Shown piece by piece: positions 9,387 to 18,391 of a DNA stretch of 64,000 nucleotides. The DNA is from Candidatus Fervidifonticultor secundus. Lineage in GTDB: Bacteria; Sysuimicrobiota; Sysuimicrobiia; Sysuimicrobiales; Humicultoraceae. The stretch's first letter is position 1. The number at the start of each line of letters is the position of its first letter. The DNA lies in contig JAVKIP010000001.1 in NCBI GenBank assembly GCA_031459385.1, positions 288,001-352,000 of the forward strand, read 5' to 3'. The position numbers and the translations under genes were made by a program. The notes below the pieces were generated by a model, which saw only the letters and a list, made by a program, of their open reading frames with translations, searched no databases and was not told where the DNA came from.

Positions 9387-10175
9387 CTACCGGCCCTGGA
9401 ACTCCGGCGACCGCCGTGCCCGAACCGCGGCGAGGGCCTCGCGGAGATCGGCGCTGTGGTAACAGGCGACCTGAGCGTCGATCTCGTAGTCGAGCACGGC
9501 GGGCAGGTCCATCCTGGTGGCGTCGTAGATTCCGCGCTTGAGGCGGCGCAGGGGCACGGGCGGTCCTGCCGCGACGACCCGGGCGAGGTGTTGCGCCTCC
9601 TCCAGTACCCTGTCGGCGGATACCACGCGGTTGACCAGACCCAGGCGTTCCGCGGTGACCGCATCCAGCATCTGCCTGGTGATGAGGAGCTCCAGGGCCC
9701 TGGCCGGGCCCACGGCCTGGGTAAGCAGGTAGCTTAGGCCCATCCCCGGGTAGAGCCCCAGGCTGAGGAACGGTGCGCCCAGTCTGGCGTCCTCGCCTGC
9801 GATCCGCAGGTCGCATGCCAGGGCCAGACCGAGTCCCGCCCCCACCGCATACCCGTTGATGGCGGCGATGGTGGGCGCAGCCAGGGTGCGGAGCCGGAGC
9901 ACCCCCTCGTAGAATCTCCGCGACCAGCTGGCAATGCTGACGGCGTCCCACCCGGTCATCTCGCTCAGGTGGTCGAGGTCGCCACCGCTGCTGAAGACCC
10001 CCCCGGCACCCCAGATGACCACTGCCCGGACCTGCTCGTCGCTTGCCAGGGCGTCGATCGCCGCCAGCAGATCGTCGATCAGCGCAGGAGTCAACGCGTT
10101 GCGCTTGGAGGGCTCCCGCAGCACGACGGTCGTGACGGGCCCGTCGGTGTTGACCTGCACGCGCTCGTATCCCAT
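9387..10175 (-). CDS. Enoyl-CoA hydratase/isomerase (crotonase) family protein
   Basis: KRNAL, FSSGGDL, PTIAAINGYAVGAGLGLALACDLR, C-terminal RRSPEFQGR. Confidence 0.9.
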   Translation of the reverse strand: MGYERVQVNTDGPVTTVVLREPSKRNALTPALIDDLLAAIDALASDEQVRAVVIWGAGGVFSSGGDLDHLSEMTGWDAVSIASWSRRFYEGVLRLRTLAAPTIAAINGYAVGAGLGLALACDLRIAGEDARLGAPFLSLGLYPGMGLSYLLTQAVGPARALELLITRQMLDAVTAERLGLVNRVVSADRVLEEAQHLARVVAAGPPVPLRRLKRGIYDATRMDLPAVLDYEIDAQVACYHSADLREALAAVRARRSPEFQGR

Positions 10176-10183
10176 GGTGGCCC

Positions 10184-11011
10184 TCACGGGGCGCCCAGGA
10201 GCATCCGGGGCGTCACCTTCGTCATCACCTCCAGGTCCCGCTCGCTGATCCCTTCGGCGCGCAGGCCGGCGACGAACGCCCGCAGCCCATCGACCGGGCA
10301 CGGATTGTGGGGTTGTCCGTAGTCTGTGGCCAGGACGGTGGAGCCGGCACCCACCTGGCGGATGTGCTCGGCGATTTGCCCCACGGACACGCTACCCCCG
10401 TCCGGCCGCGTGCTCAGGAGGCACCGCTCGAAGAACACGCCGCGCCGTGCCAGGTCGCGCTGGGCTTCGACGTCCAGCCAGGTCAGGTGCGTCTCCGGAT
10501 GGGTGATGAGTACCTTGCGCACCCCAGCGGCCAGAGCGGCGGTCACCAACACCTCGATCTCTGCCCCGGACAGATGGCCCGTGCCGAGGATGACGTCGGC
10601 GGTCGCAATCAAGCGCAGGATCTCGTGCACCTCCGGTCGTAGCTGGCCTGCGGCGTCCAGGATGCGCATGCCGTTGCCCTCGCCGTAGAACCGGCGGTGG
10701 TTCCAGGCCGCCTGTGTGGGCATCCAGATCTCCCTGGCCCCCAGTCTGAGCGCCGTCTCCACTGCCGCGGGGTTTAGCCCGCCGACGGGGTCGTTAAGCA
10801 CCAGTCCGCCGAACACCCGGGCGCCGGGTACCGCCTGCGTCGCCAGGAGCGCGCGTTCGACCGTCGAACCGTGGTGGCTCTTGAGCAGCACGCCAGCCAG
10901 CCCCGCGTCACGTGCGCGCCGCGCCAGCTCTAGGTCGTCCAGCCGGCGGGGCACGACGTCCGGCGCCGCGTGGACGTGCATGTCGAACGCGCCGGTCAGG
11001 TCTACCATCAC
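10184..11011 (-). CDS. Amidohydrolase-like metal-dependent TIM-barrel protein (DUF6282-like)
   Basis: DMHVHAAPD, LKSHH, GGLNP, WMPT, GTGHLS, ITHP, ATDYGQ. Confidence 0.8.
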   Translation of the reverse strand: MMVDLTGAFDMHVHAAPDVVPRRLDDLELARRARDAGLAGVLLKSHHGSTVERALLATQAVPGARVFGGLVLNDPVGGLNPAAVETALRLGAREIWMPTQAAWNHRRFYGEGNGMRILDAAGQLRPEVHEILRLIATADVILGTGHLSGAEIEVLVTAALAAGVRKVLITHPETHLTWLDVEAQRDLARRGVFFERCLLSTRPDGGSVSVGQIAEHIRQVGAGSTVLATDYGQPHNPCPVDGLRAFVAGLRAEGISERDLEVMTKVTPRMLLGAP

Positions 11012-11014
11012 CGC

Positions 11015-11812
11015 TCACCCCGCACGCGCCGCTGTGCCCTCGATCTGCAGCTGGACGTCCTCCGCCACGTGCTCCCAGACGAGACGCTTGAGGCGGGCGT
11101 ACTCGGGATCGCTCTGGACGTCCAGACCGCGGGGGCGCGGCAGCGTGTTGTCGATGATGGCCCGGACGCGCCCGGGCCGGGCCCGGAGCACGACGATGCG
11201 GTCCGAGAGGACCAGCGCCTCGTCGATATTGTGCGTGACGAACAGCGTGGTCTTACGGCTCTCCTGGTGGATGCGCAGAAACTCCTGCTGCAGCACCTGG
11301 CGGGTCATGGCGTCCAGGGCCGCGAAGGGCTCGTCCATGAGCAGGATCTCCGGGTCGCTGGCGAGGGCGCGGGCCAGTGCGACCCGCTGCTGCATGCCGC
11401 CCGACAGCTCCGACGGATACAGCTGTTCGTAGCCCCGCAGGTTGACCATCGTCAGGTAGTGCGATGCGCGGTCAGCGACGGTGCGCGGGGAGAGCCCCTT
11501 GAGCCGCAGCGCGAACTCTACGTTGCCGCGGACTGTCTTCCAGGGGAACAACGCGTAGTTCTGGAAGACGATGCCACACCGGCGTTCCACGCCCGCGATC
11601 GGCACACCACGCAGCAGGAGCTGCCCGCTGGTTGGTTCAATGAACCCGGCCACCATGTAAAGGAAGGTCGTCTTCCCGCACCCGGAGCTCCCCACGAGGC
11701 ACACGAGCTCGTGTTCGTGGACGGTGAGGCTCAAGTCCTCGAGCGCCACCACCTGGCGCCCGTGGCCGCCGACGAAGATCTTCGTGACGTGATCTGCGAC
11801 GAGAACGCCCAT
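11015..11812 (-). CDS. ABC transporter ATP-binding protein, TauB/SsuB/NitT type
   Basis: [36 protein letters not shown]. Confidence 0.93.
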   Translation of the reverse strand: MGVLVADHVTKIFVGGHGRQVVALEDLSLTVHEHELVCLVGSSGCGKTTFLYMVAGFIEPTSGQLLLRGVPIAGVERRCGIVFQNYALFPWKTVRGNVEFALRLKGLSPRTVADRASHYLTMVNLRGYEQLYPSELSGGMQQRVALARALASDPEILLMDEPFAALDAMTRQVLQQEFLRIHQESRKTTLFVTHNIDEALVLSDRIVVLRARPGRVRAIIDNTLPRPRGLDVQSDPEYARLKRLVWEHVAEDVQLQIEGTAARAG

Positions 11813-11814
11813 GG

Positions 11815-12648
11815 CTACCGCCTGAACCGGTGCCGCTCCCAGGGGATGAGCCGCCCCTCCATCGCCCGGAACAGCGTGTCGATGGTGAAGACGGTGGCGC
11901 TGATGAGCGCCATGCCCACCATGATGAGCGCCAGATTGTTCCAGTCCTTGCCGAACCAGATCAGGGCGCCCAGCCCGCGGTTGGCTGCGACCATCTCTGC
12001 CGACAGGACGACCGTCCACGAGATCGCCAGCGAGACCTTGAGCCCGCTGACGATGCCGGGCAGGGCACCCGGCAGGATGACTTCCCGCATGATTTCCAGG
12101 CTGTTGGCGCCAAGGTTCCGCGCCGCAAGGACCAGCAGGGGGTCCACACGCTTGGTCGCCTCGGCCACGTAGAGCAGCGTGGCGGCGAACGTCCCCATGA
12201 AGACGATGGCGTACTTTTGGCTCTCGCCGATGCCGAACCAGAGGATGCTCAGAGGGATCCAGGAGAGGGAGGGCAGCGGGCGGATGAGCGAGAGGAGCGG
12301 GTCGATCGCCGCTTTGGCGACCCGCGATGTACCCATCAGCACGCCCACCGGAATCGCCACCGCAGCCGACAGGAGGTAGCCGACGAACACCCGCCGCGCG
12401 CTGGTCAGCACGTGGTACCACAGCTCGCCACTGGAAACGAGCTTCATCGCTTCCCGCCAGACCATGGTCGGCGACGGGAGGAACAGCGTGGAGATCCACC
12501 CCGTCGCCGTGACCAGGTACCAGGCCACCAGCACTCCCGCGGTTGCCCCGAGGCTGACGACGGCCAGCCGGGAGTCGCTGAGGCCCGGACGCTGCGCATG
12601 GCCTGGCGACGGCGCCCGCAGCGGGAGGAGGCGCGCCATCGTCCTCAC
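11815..12648 (-). CDS. ABC transporter permease, TauC/SsuC type
   Basis: [35 protein letters not shown]; alternative start ATG 12639. Confidence 0.92.
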   Translation of the reverse strand: MRTMARLLPLRAPSPGHAQRPGLSDSRLAVVSLGATAGVLVAWYLVTATGWISTLFLPSPTMVWREAMKLVSSGELWYHVLTSARRVFVGYLLSAAVAIPVGVLMGTSRVAKAAIDPLLSLIRPLPSLSWIPLSILWFGIGESQKYAIVFMGTFAATLLYVAEATKRVDPLLVLAARNLGANSLEIMREVILPGALPGIVSGLKVSLAISWTVVLSAEMVAANRGLGALIWFGKDWNNLALIMVGMALISATVFTIDTLFRAMEGRLIPWERHRFRR

Positions 12649-12700
12649 CCCGGGACGATCCTCCCGGGCCGCGTGGGCACGTGCCCGATCCGTCGGCGGC

Positions 12701-13699
12701 CTACTGCGTCGGCCACAGCCTGGTATTCATCCATTCCTGCGGGTTGGGCCGTTCGGCGATGCGCCCCGTCGACGCGGCCCAGTCCACCAGCAGCGTCAGC
12801 ACCTGGAGGACGTTGGCGGCCTTGGCCTTCTGCTGCGTTCCCTCGTAGTAGGTGAAGAGCCGGATATTCTCCTGGGCCGTGGCGGGGTCGGTACGGAAGC
12901 AGCCGGCGATCGTGGCCGCCGCGTCCGCCGGGTTCGCCCGAATGTGCGCGATCGCCCGGCTCACCACCTGGAAGATCGCCGTCCCCACGCGAGGGTACCC
13001 GGCCACGATCTCTCGTCGCATGACCAGCAGGTCGCCGGCCGCAATGGCCCCGTGGCGCTTGTAGAGGGAGGTGTCCGCGTTGGTGGCGAGCACGCGCGCG
13101 CCGGTCAGTCCGCGGACCGCCGACGAGAGCGTGGGCTCCCAGATCGAGTAGGCGTCGATGTGACCGCGCGCAAACGCCGTGGGGATGTCGGTCACGGTGA
13201 GGGGCACGATCTCGACATCGCGCATGGTGAGGCCGGCGTCCTGCAGGAGGAAAAACAGCGTGACCTCTGCGCTGGAGTTCAACGGCACGCCGACCTTCTT
13301 GCCGCGGAGGTCCGCGACGGTGCGGATCTCCGGCCGCGCCGCGATGCCCTCGCGGCCGACGGCATCGTCGATCATCCCGACCCAGTAGAATGTGCGGTTC
13401 CCTTTCGCCATCTCGGCGACCACCGACAGCTGGCCGGTGTTGGTCCAGCCGATCGCGCCCTGCGTCAGGGCCAGCATTCGGTCGGCGCTGCTGACGATGG
13501 TCCGGAAGGTGACGTGCAGGCCGGCTTCCCTGAACCATCCCTTCTCGATGGCGAGGATCACCGGGGCGTGCCCGTACCACGTGCAGGACGCCCCGAAGTC
13601 CACGTTGACGTTGGGCATGGGCGCACCGGCCGATGTCGGAACCGCCGTGCCTGCCAGGATCGTGACGAGCACTGCGAGGCGTCGCATGCGGGTCTGCAT
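12701..13699 (-). CDS. ABC transporter substrate-binding protein, TauA/SsuA/THI5-like
   Basis: Signal-peptide-like N-terminus, AIEKGWFREAGL, DLRGKKVGVP, IDAYSIWEP; strong GGAGG RBS. Confidence 0.88.
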   Translation of the reverse strand: MQTRMRRLAVLVTILAGTAVPTSAGAPMPNVNVDFGASCTWYGHAPVILAIEKGWFREAGLHVTFRTIVSSADRMLALTQGAIGWTNTGQLSVVAEMAKGNRTFYWVGMIDDAVGREGIAARPEIRTVADLRGKKVGVPLNSSAEVTLFFLLQDAGLTMRDVEIVPLTVTDIPTAFARGHIDAYSIWEPTLSSAVRGLTGARVLATNADTSLYKRHGAIAAGDLLVMRREIVAGYPRVGTAIFQVVSRAIAHIRANPADAAATIAGCFRTDPATAQENIRLFTYYEGTQQKAKAANVLQVLTLLVDWAASTGRIAERPNPQEWMNTRLWPTQ

Positions 13700-13744
13700 C
13701 GTGCTTTCCCCTCCTCCACGCGGCGGCGTCGGAGCAGACGCCGG

Positions 13745-14923
13745 CTAGTCTACGTCGGCCAATACACGGCGGATGCGCTCCAGCGCTCTTTCCAGCCGGT
13801 CACGCCCGTTGGTCAGGGAGATGCGGATGTGGCCCTCCCCGGCTTTACCGAAAGCGCTGCCCGGTGTCACGGCCACATGGGCCCGCTCCAGGAGCAGACT
13901 GGCGAACTCCGTCGAGCTCAGGGGACGCCGGAACCGGAAGCCGGGAAAGAGATAGAAGGTACCCTCGGGCCACGGGCAGCGGATGCCCGGCATCGCGTTC
14001 AGCAACGGCACGGCCAGCGCGCGCCGTTCGCGGTATGCTGCCACCATCTCGTCTGCGGACTGTCGAGGCCCGCGCAGCGCTGCCACACCGGCTCGCATCG
14101 CGAACGAGGAAGCACAGGTGACCACGTGCTGGTGGACCTTGAGGACCTCGCGGACGATCCGCGGGGGACCCGCCAAGTACCCCAGCCGCCAGCCGGTCAT
14201 GGCGTAGGTCTTCGAGAACCCGTTGATGGTCACCGTGCGTTCGAACATCCCGGGCAGGGTACCCAGGCTGCGATGCACCGCGCCGTCGAAGACGATGCGC
14301 TCGTAGATTTCGTCGGAGATCACCAGCAGATTCGCATCCCGGGCGACGTCGGCGATGGCCCGCAGCTCGGGTTCGGCGAGCACGCGCCCGGTGGGGTTGT
14401 TGGGCGAGTTGACGAGGATCAGACGGGTGCGGGCTGTCAGCGCGCGCCGCATGTCCGCCGCGTCCAGCCGGAAGCCGTCGGGCGCCAGCGGGACGTGGAC
14501 CGGTATTCCTCCGGCCAGGCGGATCATGGCGTCGTAGCTCACCCACGCGGGTGTGGGGACGATGACTTCGTCTCCGGGGTTGACGAGGGCCAGAAGCGTC
14601 GCGGCCAGGGCAAACTTGGCGGACGGGGTCACCAGAATCGACTCGCCCGGGGCGTCCAGCGGCAGCCCGTTCTCCGTCTTAAGCTTGTGAGCGATGGCGT
14701 CCAGCAGGTCGGGAATGCCCCGACTGCTCACGTAATGCGTGAAGCCCTCGTCCATCGCATCCCGGGCGGCCGCGACGATGTGCTGGGGCGTCGGAAAATC
14801 GGGATCGCCGCCACTCAGGTCGATGACGTCCACGCCCGCGGCGCGCAGCCGGCGGCTGAGATCGCTGATTGCCACGGTGGCGGACTCCTCGATCTCCCTG
14901 AGCCGCGTGGCAGCCGTCAGCAC
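13745..14923 (-). CDS. PLP-dependent aminotransferase class I/II (aspartate aminotransferase-like)
   Basis: GDPDFPTP, NSPNNPTG, SDEIY, NGFSKTYAMTGWRLG. Confidence 0.92.
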   Translation of the reverse strand: MLTAATRLREIEESATVAISDLSRRLRAAGVDVIDLSGGDPDFPTPQHIVAAARDAMDEGFTHYVSSRGIPDLLDAIAHKLKTENGLPLDAPGESILVTPSAKFALAATLLALVNPGDEVIVPTPAWVSYDAMIRLAGGIPVHVPLAPDGFRLDAADMRRALTARTRLILVNSPNNPTGRVLAEPELRAIADVARDANLLVISDEIYERIVFDGAVHRSLGTLPGMFERTVTINGFSKTYAMTGWRLGYLAGPPRIVREVLKVHQHVVTCASSFAMRAGVAALRGPRQSADEMVAAYRERRALAVPLLNAMPGIRCPWPEGTFYLFPGFRFRRPLSSTEFASLLLERAHVAVTPGSAFGKAGEGHIRISLTNGRDRLERALERIRRVLADVD

Positions 14924-15843
14924 GGGTCACCTCCGGGGCGTGTCTTCGCACGGTCGCGCTGATCGTACAGCGCCAGTACCGCCAGGAAATCTTCGGGCTC
15001 TCGGCCGCTCAAGAGGTCCTTGACGCCGAGTCGGGCGGACCACTGGAGTCGCCTGCGCGTCGCTTCCGCCATCGTGGGCCTGACGCCCAACTGGCGGATG
15101 ACCGCGGTCACGCCCTTCATCTCGTCGGCCCGCCGCCCTGCGTGCACGGGGTCCGATGTCAGGCACATCCGGGCGAAGTCGGAGAATCGGACCGCGTCCA
15201 TGGGCTGGGTGAGCGCTGCGAATGCCTCGGGTGCGAGGCCCGCACGGTACGCGGCAAACATCGCCTCCACGATGAGCGCTTCCATGCCCTTCGTCACCGC
15301 ACTGCGCAGCATCTTGAGGAACGCAGCCGCGCCTGCCGATCCCGGGACGACGGTGATGTTCAGACCCAGCGGAGCCAAGCGCTGCTGAAACGCTGCTGCG
15401 CCGTTCCCGGAAGCGTAGATGGCGACGGTGTGGCCATAGAGCGAGACCGCCCCCATCAGCTCGGCGTCGACGAACGCAGCGCCCCGGGCGGTCACCCGTT
15501 GGGCCATGGCGTCCTTCGCCGCGGGCGGCACGGCGTTCATGTCGGCATAGATGTGGCGTGCGCCGAGGTACAGAGCACTCTCCTCGGCCACGGCGGTCGC
15601 GGCACTGGTGGCCACTGCGGAGATGATGAGGTCGGCTCCCGTCACCAGTGCCTCCAGGCTGTCCACGAGCGTCACGCCCCGTGCCGCTGCCTCCTCTTGA
15701 AACGCGGACGTGTACGGCGGCCGGTGGCGAGGACCGTTGCAGTATGCAGTGAGACGCGCGACGCGCCCGTTGAGGGCCGATGCAAATGTCTTGGCCGCCT
15801 CGCCAAATCCCAGGAAGCCGATGCGGAGACGCGATGTTTCCAT
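14917..15843 (-). CDS. NAD(P)-dependent oxidoreductase (6PGD/3-hydroxyisobutyrate dehydrogenase-like with DUF1932-type C-terminus)
   Basis: IGFLGFGEAA, LKMLRSAVTKGMEAL, HAGRRADEM. Confidence 0.85.
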   Translation of the reverse strand: METSRLRIGFLGFGEAAKTFASALNGRVARLTAYCNGPRHRPPYTSAFQEEAAARGVTLVDSLEALVTGADLIISAVATSAATAVAEESALYLGARHIYADMNAVPPAAKDAMAQRVTARGAAFVDAELMGAVSLYGHTVAIYASGNGAAAFQQRLAPLGLNITVVPGSAGAAAFLKMLRSAVTKGMEALIVEAMFAAYRAGLAPEAFAALTQPMDAVRFSDFARMCLTSDPVHAGRRADEMKGVTAVIRQLGVRPTMAEATRRRLQWSARLGVKDLLSGREPEDFLAVLALYDQRDRAKTRPGGDPC

Positions 15844-15862
15844 ATTGTGGAAAGTAATTTCC
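15837..15862. promoter_or_regulatory. Candidate IclR-family operator: overlapping inverted repeats TTTCCA-N5-TGGAAA and GGAAA-N4-TTTCC
   Basis: Seen directly in an AT-rich patch overlapping the operon's first start codon, next to a divergent IclR gene. Confidence 0.6.
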
Positions 15863-15920
15863 TCTTTTGTTATCCTGCTCTTCGACGGAGGCAGGCGATT
15901 CCTCCTGCCGGGGGTGGTCG

Positions 15921-16709
15921 ATGGTCAAGGCTTTGGACAAGGCACTTGCCCTGCTCGCGATCATGGCGCCCACGCCGGAGCGGAGCGAGTGGAAACTCGT
16001 GGAACTCGCGAAACAGACGAGGCTCCCTCTCAGCACCGTCCATCGCCTGCTCAACGCGCTGGCGCAGCGTCGTTTTGTGGAGCGGGGGGAGGGCGGTCGG
16101 TACCGGCTCGGTCTGACGTTGCTGCAACTGGGTCACGCAGTCTGGGAGAACCTCCCGCTTCGGCAGATTGCCTGGCCCGTCATGGCCGATCTGGCCAGGC
16201 GCACGGAGGATACCGTCTATCTGACCATGCGCGACGGCGACGAGGGCGTCTACGTCGAGAAGATTGACAGTCAACTCTACCTGCGGATCGCCGAGCCGGT
16301 CGGCTTCCGTCGCCCGCTGTACGTCGGGGCGTCGCGGAAGGCGATGCTGGCGTTCCTCCCCCCAGGCGAGATCCGGCGCATCGTCCGGGAGGGGGCCTCA
16401 CGGAGCCTGCTCGGGCGGCGGGTGACGATCCAGGCCCTCCTATGCGAACTGCAGCGCATCCGGGAGGCTGGATACGCGATCACGTGGGGTGAGACCACGG
16501 AAGGGACCGCCGGGGTAGCCGCCCCGCTCATCGATGCCCGGGGGTGGCCGATCGGCGCCATCAGCGTCTCCGGACCCGCGCAACGGTTTCCCGCGGACCG
16601 ACTGCCCAAACTGGGCCAGCACGTGCGCGACGCGGCCGAGGTGATTAGCGGGAGACTTGGCTACGTCAAGAGCCCGCGGCACCTGCCCGGGTCCACGGCC
16701 GCGCGCTAG
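15921..16709 (+). CDS. IclR-family transcriptional regulator
   Basis: MVKALDKALALL, LPLSTVHRLL HTH, GASRKAMLAF, GVAAPL, AISVSGP. Confidence 0.93.
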   Translation: MVKALDKALALLAIMAPTPERSEWKLVELAKQTRLPLSTVHRLLNALAQRRFVERGEGGRYRLGLTLLQLGHAVWENLPLRQIAWPVMADLARRTEDTVYLTMRDGDEGVYVEKIDSQLYLRIAEPVGFRRPLYVGASRKAMLAFLPPGEIRRIVREGASRSLLGRRVTIQALLCELQRIREAGYAITWGETTEGTAGVAAPLIDARGWPIGAISVSGPAQRFPADRLPKLGQHVRDAAEVISGRLGYVKSPRHLPGSTAAR

Positions 16710-16799
16710 TTGTCCGCAGCCTGCAGATCAGCGCGGCGACCGCTGTGGCCGGCGGTCTGCTCGGCGGCCTGATGGTGTATGCTGCCGTCAGCCCCGGCG

Positions 16800-17070
16800 C
16801 CCCGCGGTGCCCCGCTGCCGCCGCGGTTCCCTGCCATGCTGGCGCAGGCCGACCGGCTGGGGGCCGCGCTGGGCCCACCCCGGATGTCGCGCCCGTGCCA
16901 CAACGACCTGCTGCTGGCTAACTTCATCGACGACGGCGCGCGCCTGTGGATCATCGACTGGGAGTACGCGGCCATGGGCGACGTCTGGTTCGACCTGGGC
17001 AACTTCGCCATGCACCACCAGCGCTCCGACGACGAGGAACGGGTGCTGCTCGAGGCCTACGTCGGCTGCG
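16800..17070 (+). pseudogene. Internal fragment of a choline/ethanolamine kinase-like phosphotransferase
   Basis: PCHNDLLLANF and IIDWEYAAMGD..FDLGNF motifs present, but the N-terminal lobe and C-terminal helices are missing; boundaries approximate. Confidence 0.75.
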
Positions 17071-17260
17071 TCGCGCCCCGGGGCGATCGCCTCGGCGTTG
17101 GGGGCTTCCAGCAGGGGCTGGATCTGCCGCCGCGTGGACGTGATCAGCTCGCTGACGATGAGAGTTCGGCGGCGCGCGCTCATGGCAGCCCAGGTTGAGG
17201 ATGAACGCTGCGCGGAGGTTGCGCTGACGGGCGTCGTACGCTACCGCGCCGCCTGCGCCG

Positions 17261-18391
17261 TCAGGCGCCGGTCGTCACGGGAACCTGCACGCCCAGCTCC
17301 TCCAGCACCGCGCGGATCGCCGCCAGCGCCCTGCGGATGTGCCCCTCGTCGATTCGCCCGATGCACCCGATGCGGAACGAGTCGACGCGGGTGAGTTTGC
17401 CAGGGTAGATCAGGTAACCGCGCCGTGCCAGGCGGTCGTAGAGCGCCTGGAAGTCGAACCGCGGGTCGGACGGCACGAGAAAGGTGACGATGACCGGCCC
17501 CTGCAGCGCGTCGGGCAGCAGCGTGCGGAAGCCCAGTGCCCGCATGCCTTCCATCAGCACCTGGCAGTTGCGCCGGTAGCGGGCCAGGCGGGCGGGGCTG
17601 CCGCCTTCGGCGGCGTGTTCCTCCAGCGCCCGGTCCAAGGCGGCCAGTACGTGCGTGGGCGGCGTGAACCGCCACTGGCCCGTCTCCTCCATGAAGCGCC
17701 ACTGGTCGGCCAGGTCGAGGACCACCGACGGTGCGTTGCCCGCGGCGGTCTCCAGCGCCGTGCGGCGCGCGATGACGAACGTCGCGCCGGGCACCCCCTC
17801 GAGGCACTTGTTGGGTGACGAGACCAGGGCGTCGTACGGCATGGTGCGGGTGTCGCAGGGCAGGGCGCCGAAGGCGCTCATGGCGTCCACGAGCAGCCGC
17901 CGCCCGGCGGCTGCCACCACGTCGGCCACCTCGGCCAGCGGGTTGACGATGCCGGAGGTCGTCTCGGAGTAGACGACGGCCACGTGGGTGACGGCCGCGT
18001 CGGTGGCCAGGGCCGCGGCCGCCACCTGTGGGTCCACGGCCTGGTCCTCGGCCCATTCCAGGACGGCGTGCGCGCGTCCCAGGACCCGGCAGATCTGCAC
18101 CATGCGGCGCCCGTAAGCGCCGTTGGCGAGGACGAGCACCTTGCCGTCACGGGGCACGAACGTGCCGAGCATCGCCTCCACCCCGAAGGTGCCCGAGCCC
18201 TGCAGGAGCACCGCCTCGTGGGTCCCCTCGCCGCCGGCGAGCTCGACGAGCCGGCGCCGTACGCGGGCCGTCATGGCCACGAACGCCGCATCACGCGATC
18301 CCCAGTCGCGCAACATCGCCTCGCGGACCGTCCGCGAGGTGGTCAGCGGGCCCGGAGTCAGCAGCACGGGCACGTCGTCGGTACGCATCAT
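17261..18391 (-). CDS. phnW: 2-aminoethylphosphonate--pyruvate transaminase
   Basis: LLTPGPLTTS, DWGSRD, QGSGT, NGAYG, ETTSG, DAMSAFG, SSPNKCLEGVPG, QWRFTPPTH, IYPGKLT; ATGA overlap with the permease. Confidence 0.95.
   Translation of the reverse strand: MMRTDDVPVLLTPGPLTTSRTVREAMLRDWGSRDAAFVAMTARVRRRLVELAGGEGTHEAVLLQGSGTFGVEAMLGTFVPRDGKVLVLANGAYGRRMVQICRVLGRAHAVLEWAEDQAVDPQVAAAALATDAAVTHVAVVYSETTSGIVNPLAEVADVVAAAGRRLLVDAMSAFGALPCDTRTMPYDALVSSPNKCLEGVPGATFVIARRTALETAAGNAPSVVLDLADQWRFMEETGQWRFTPPTHVLAALDRALEEHAAEGGSPARLARYRRNCQVLMEGMRALGFRTLLPDALQGPVIVTFLVPSDPRFDFQALYDRLARRGYLIYPGKLTRVDSFRIGCIGRIDEGHIRRALAAIRAVLEELGVQVPVTTGA

Noticed and set aside
12464..14962. Long antisense ORFs (also 1339-3840, 23920-26115, 34835-37429, 50796-53216)
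   Set aside because: No family motifs; expected from stop-codon scarcity opposite real genes in very GC-rich DNA.
17070..17200. Transposase N-terminus on the minus strand
   Set aside because: Too short, with no DDE motif or terminal repeats visible; kept only as part of the scar finding.
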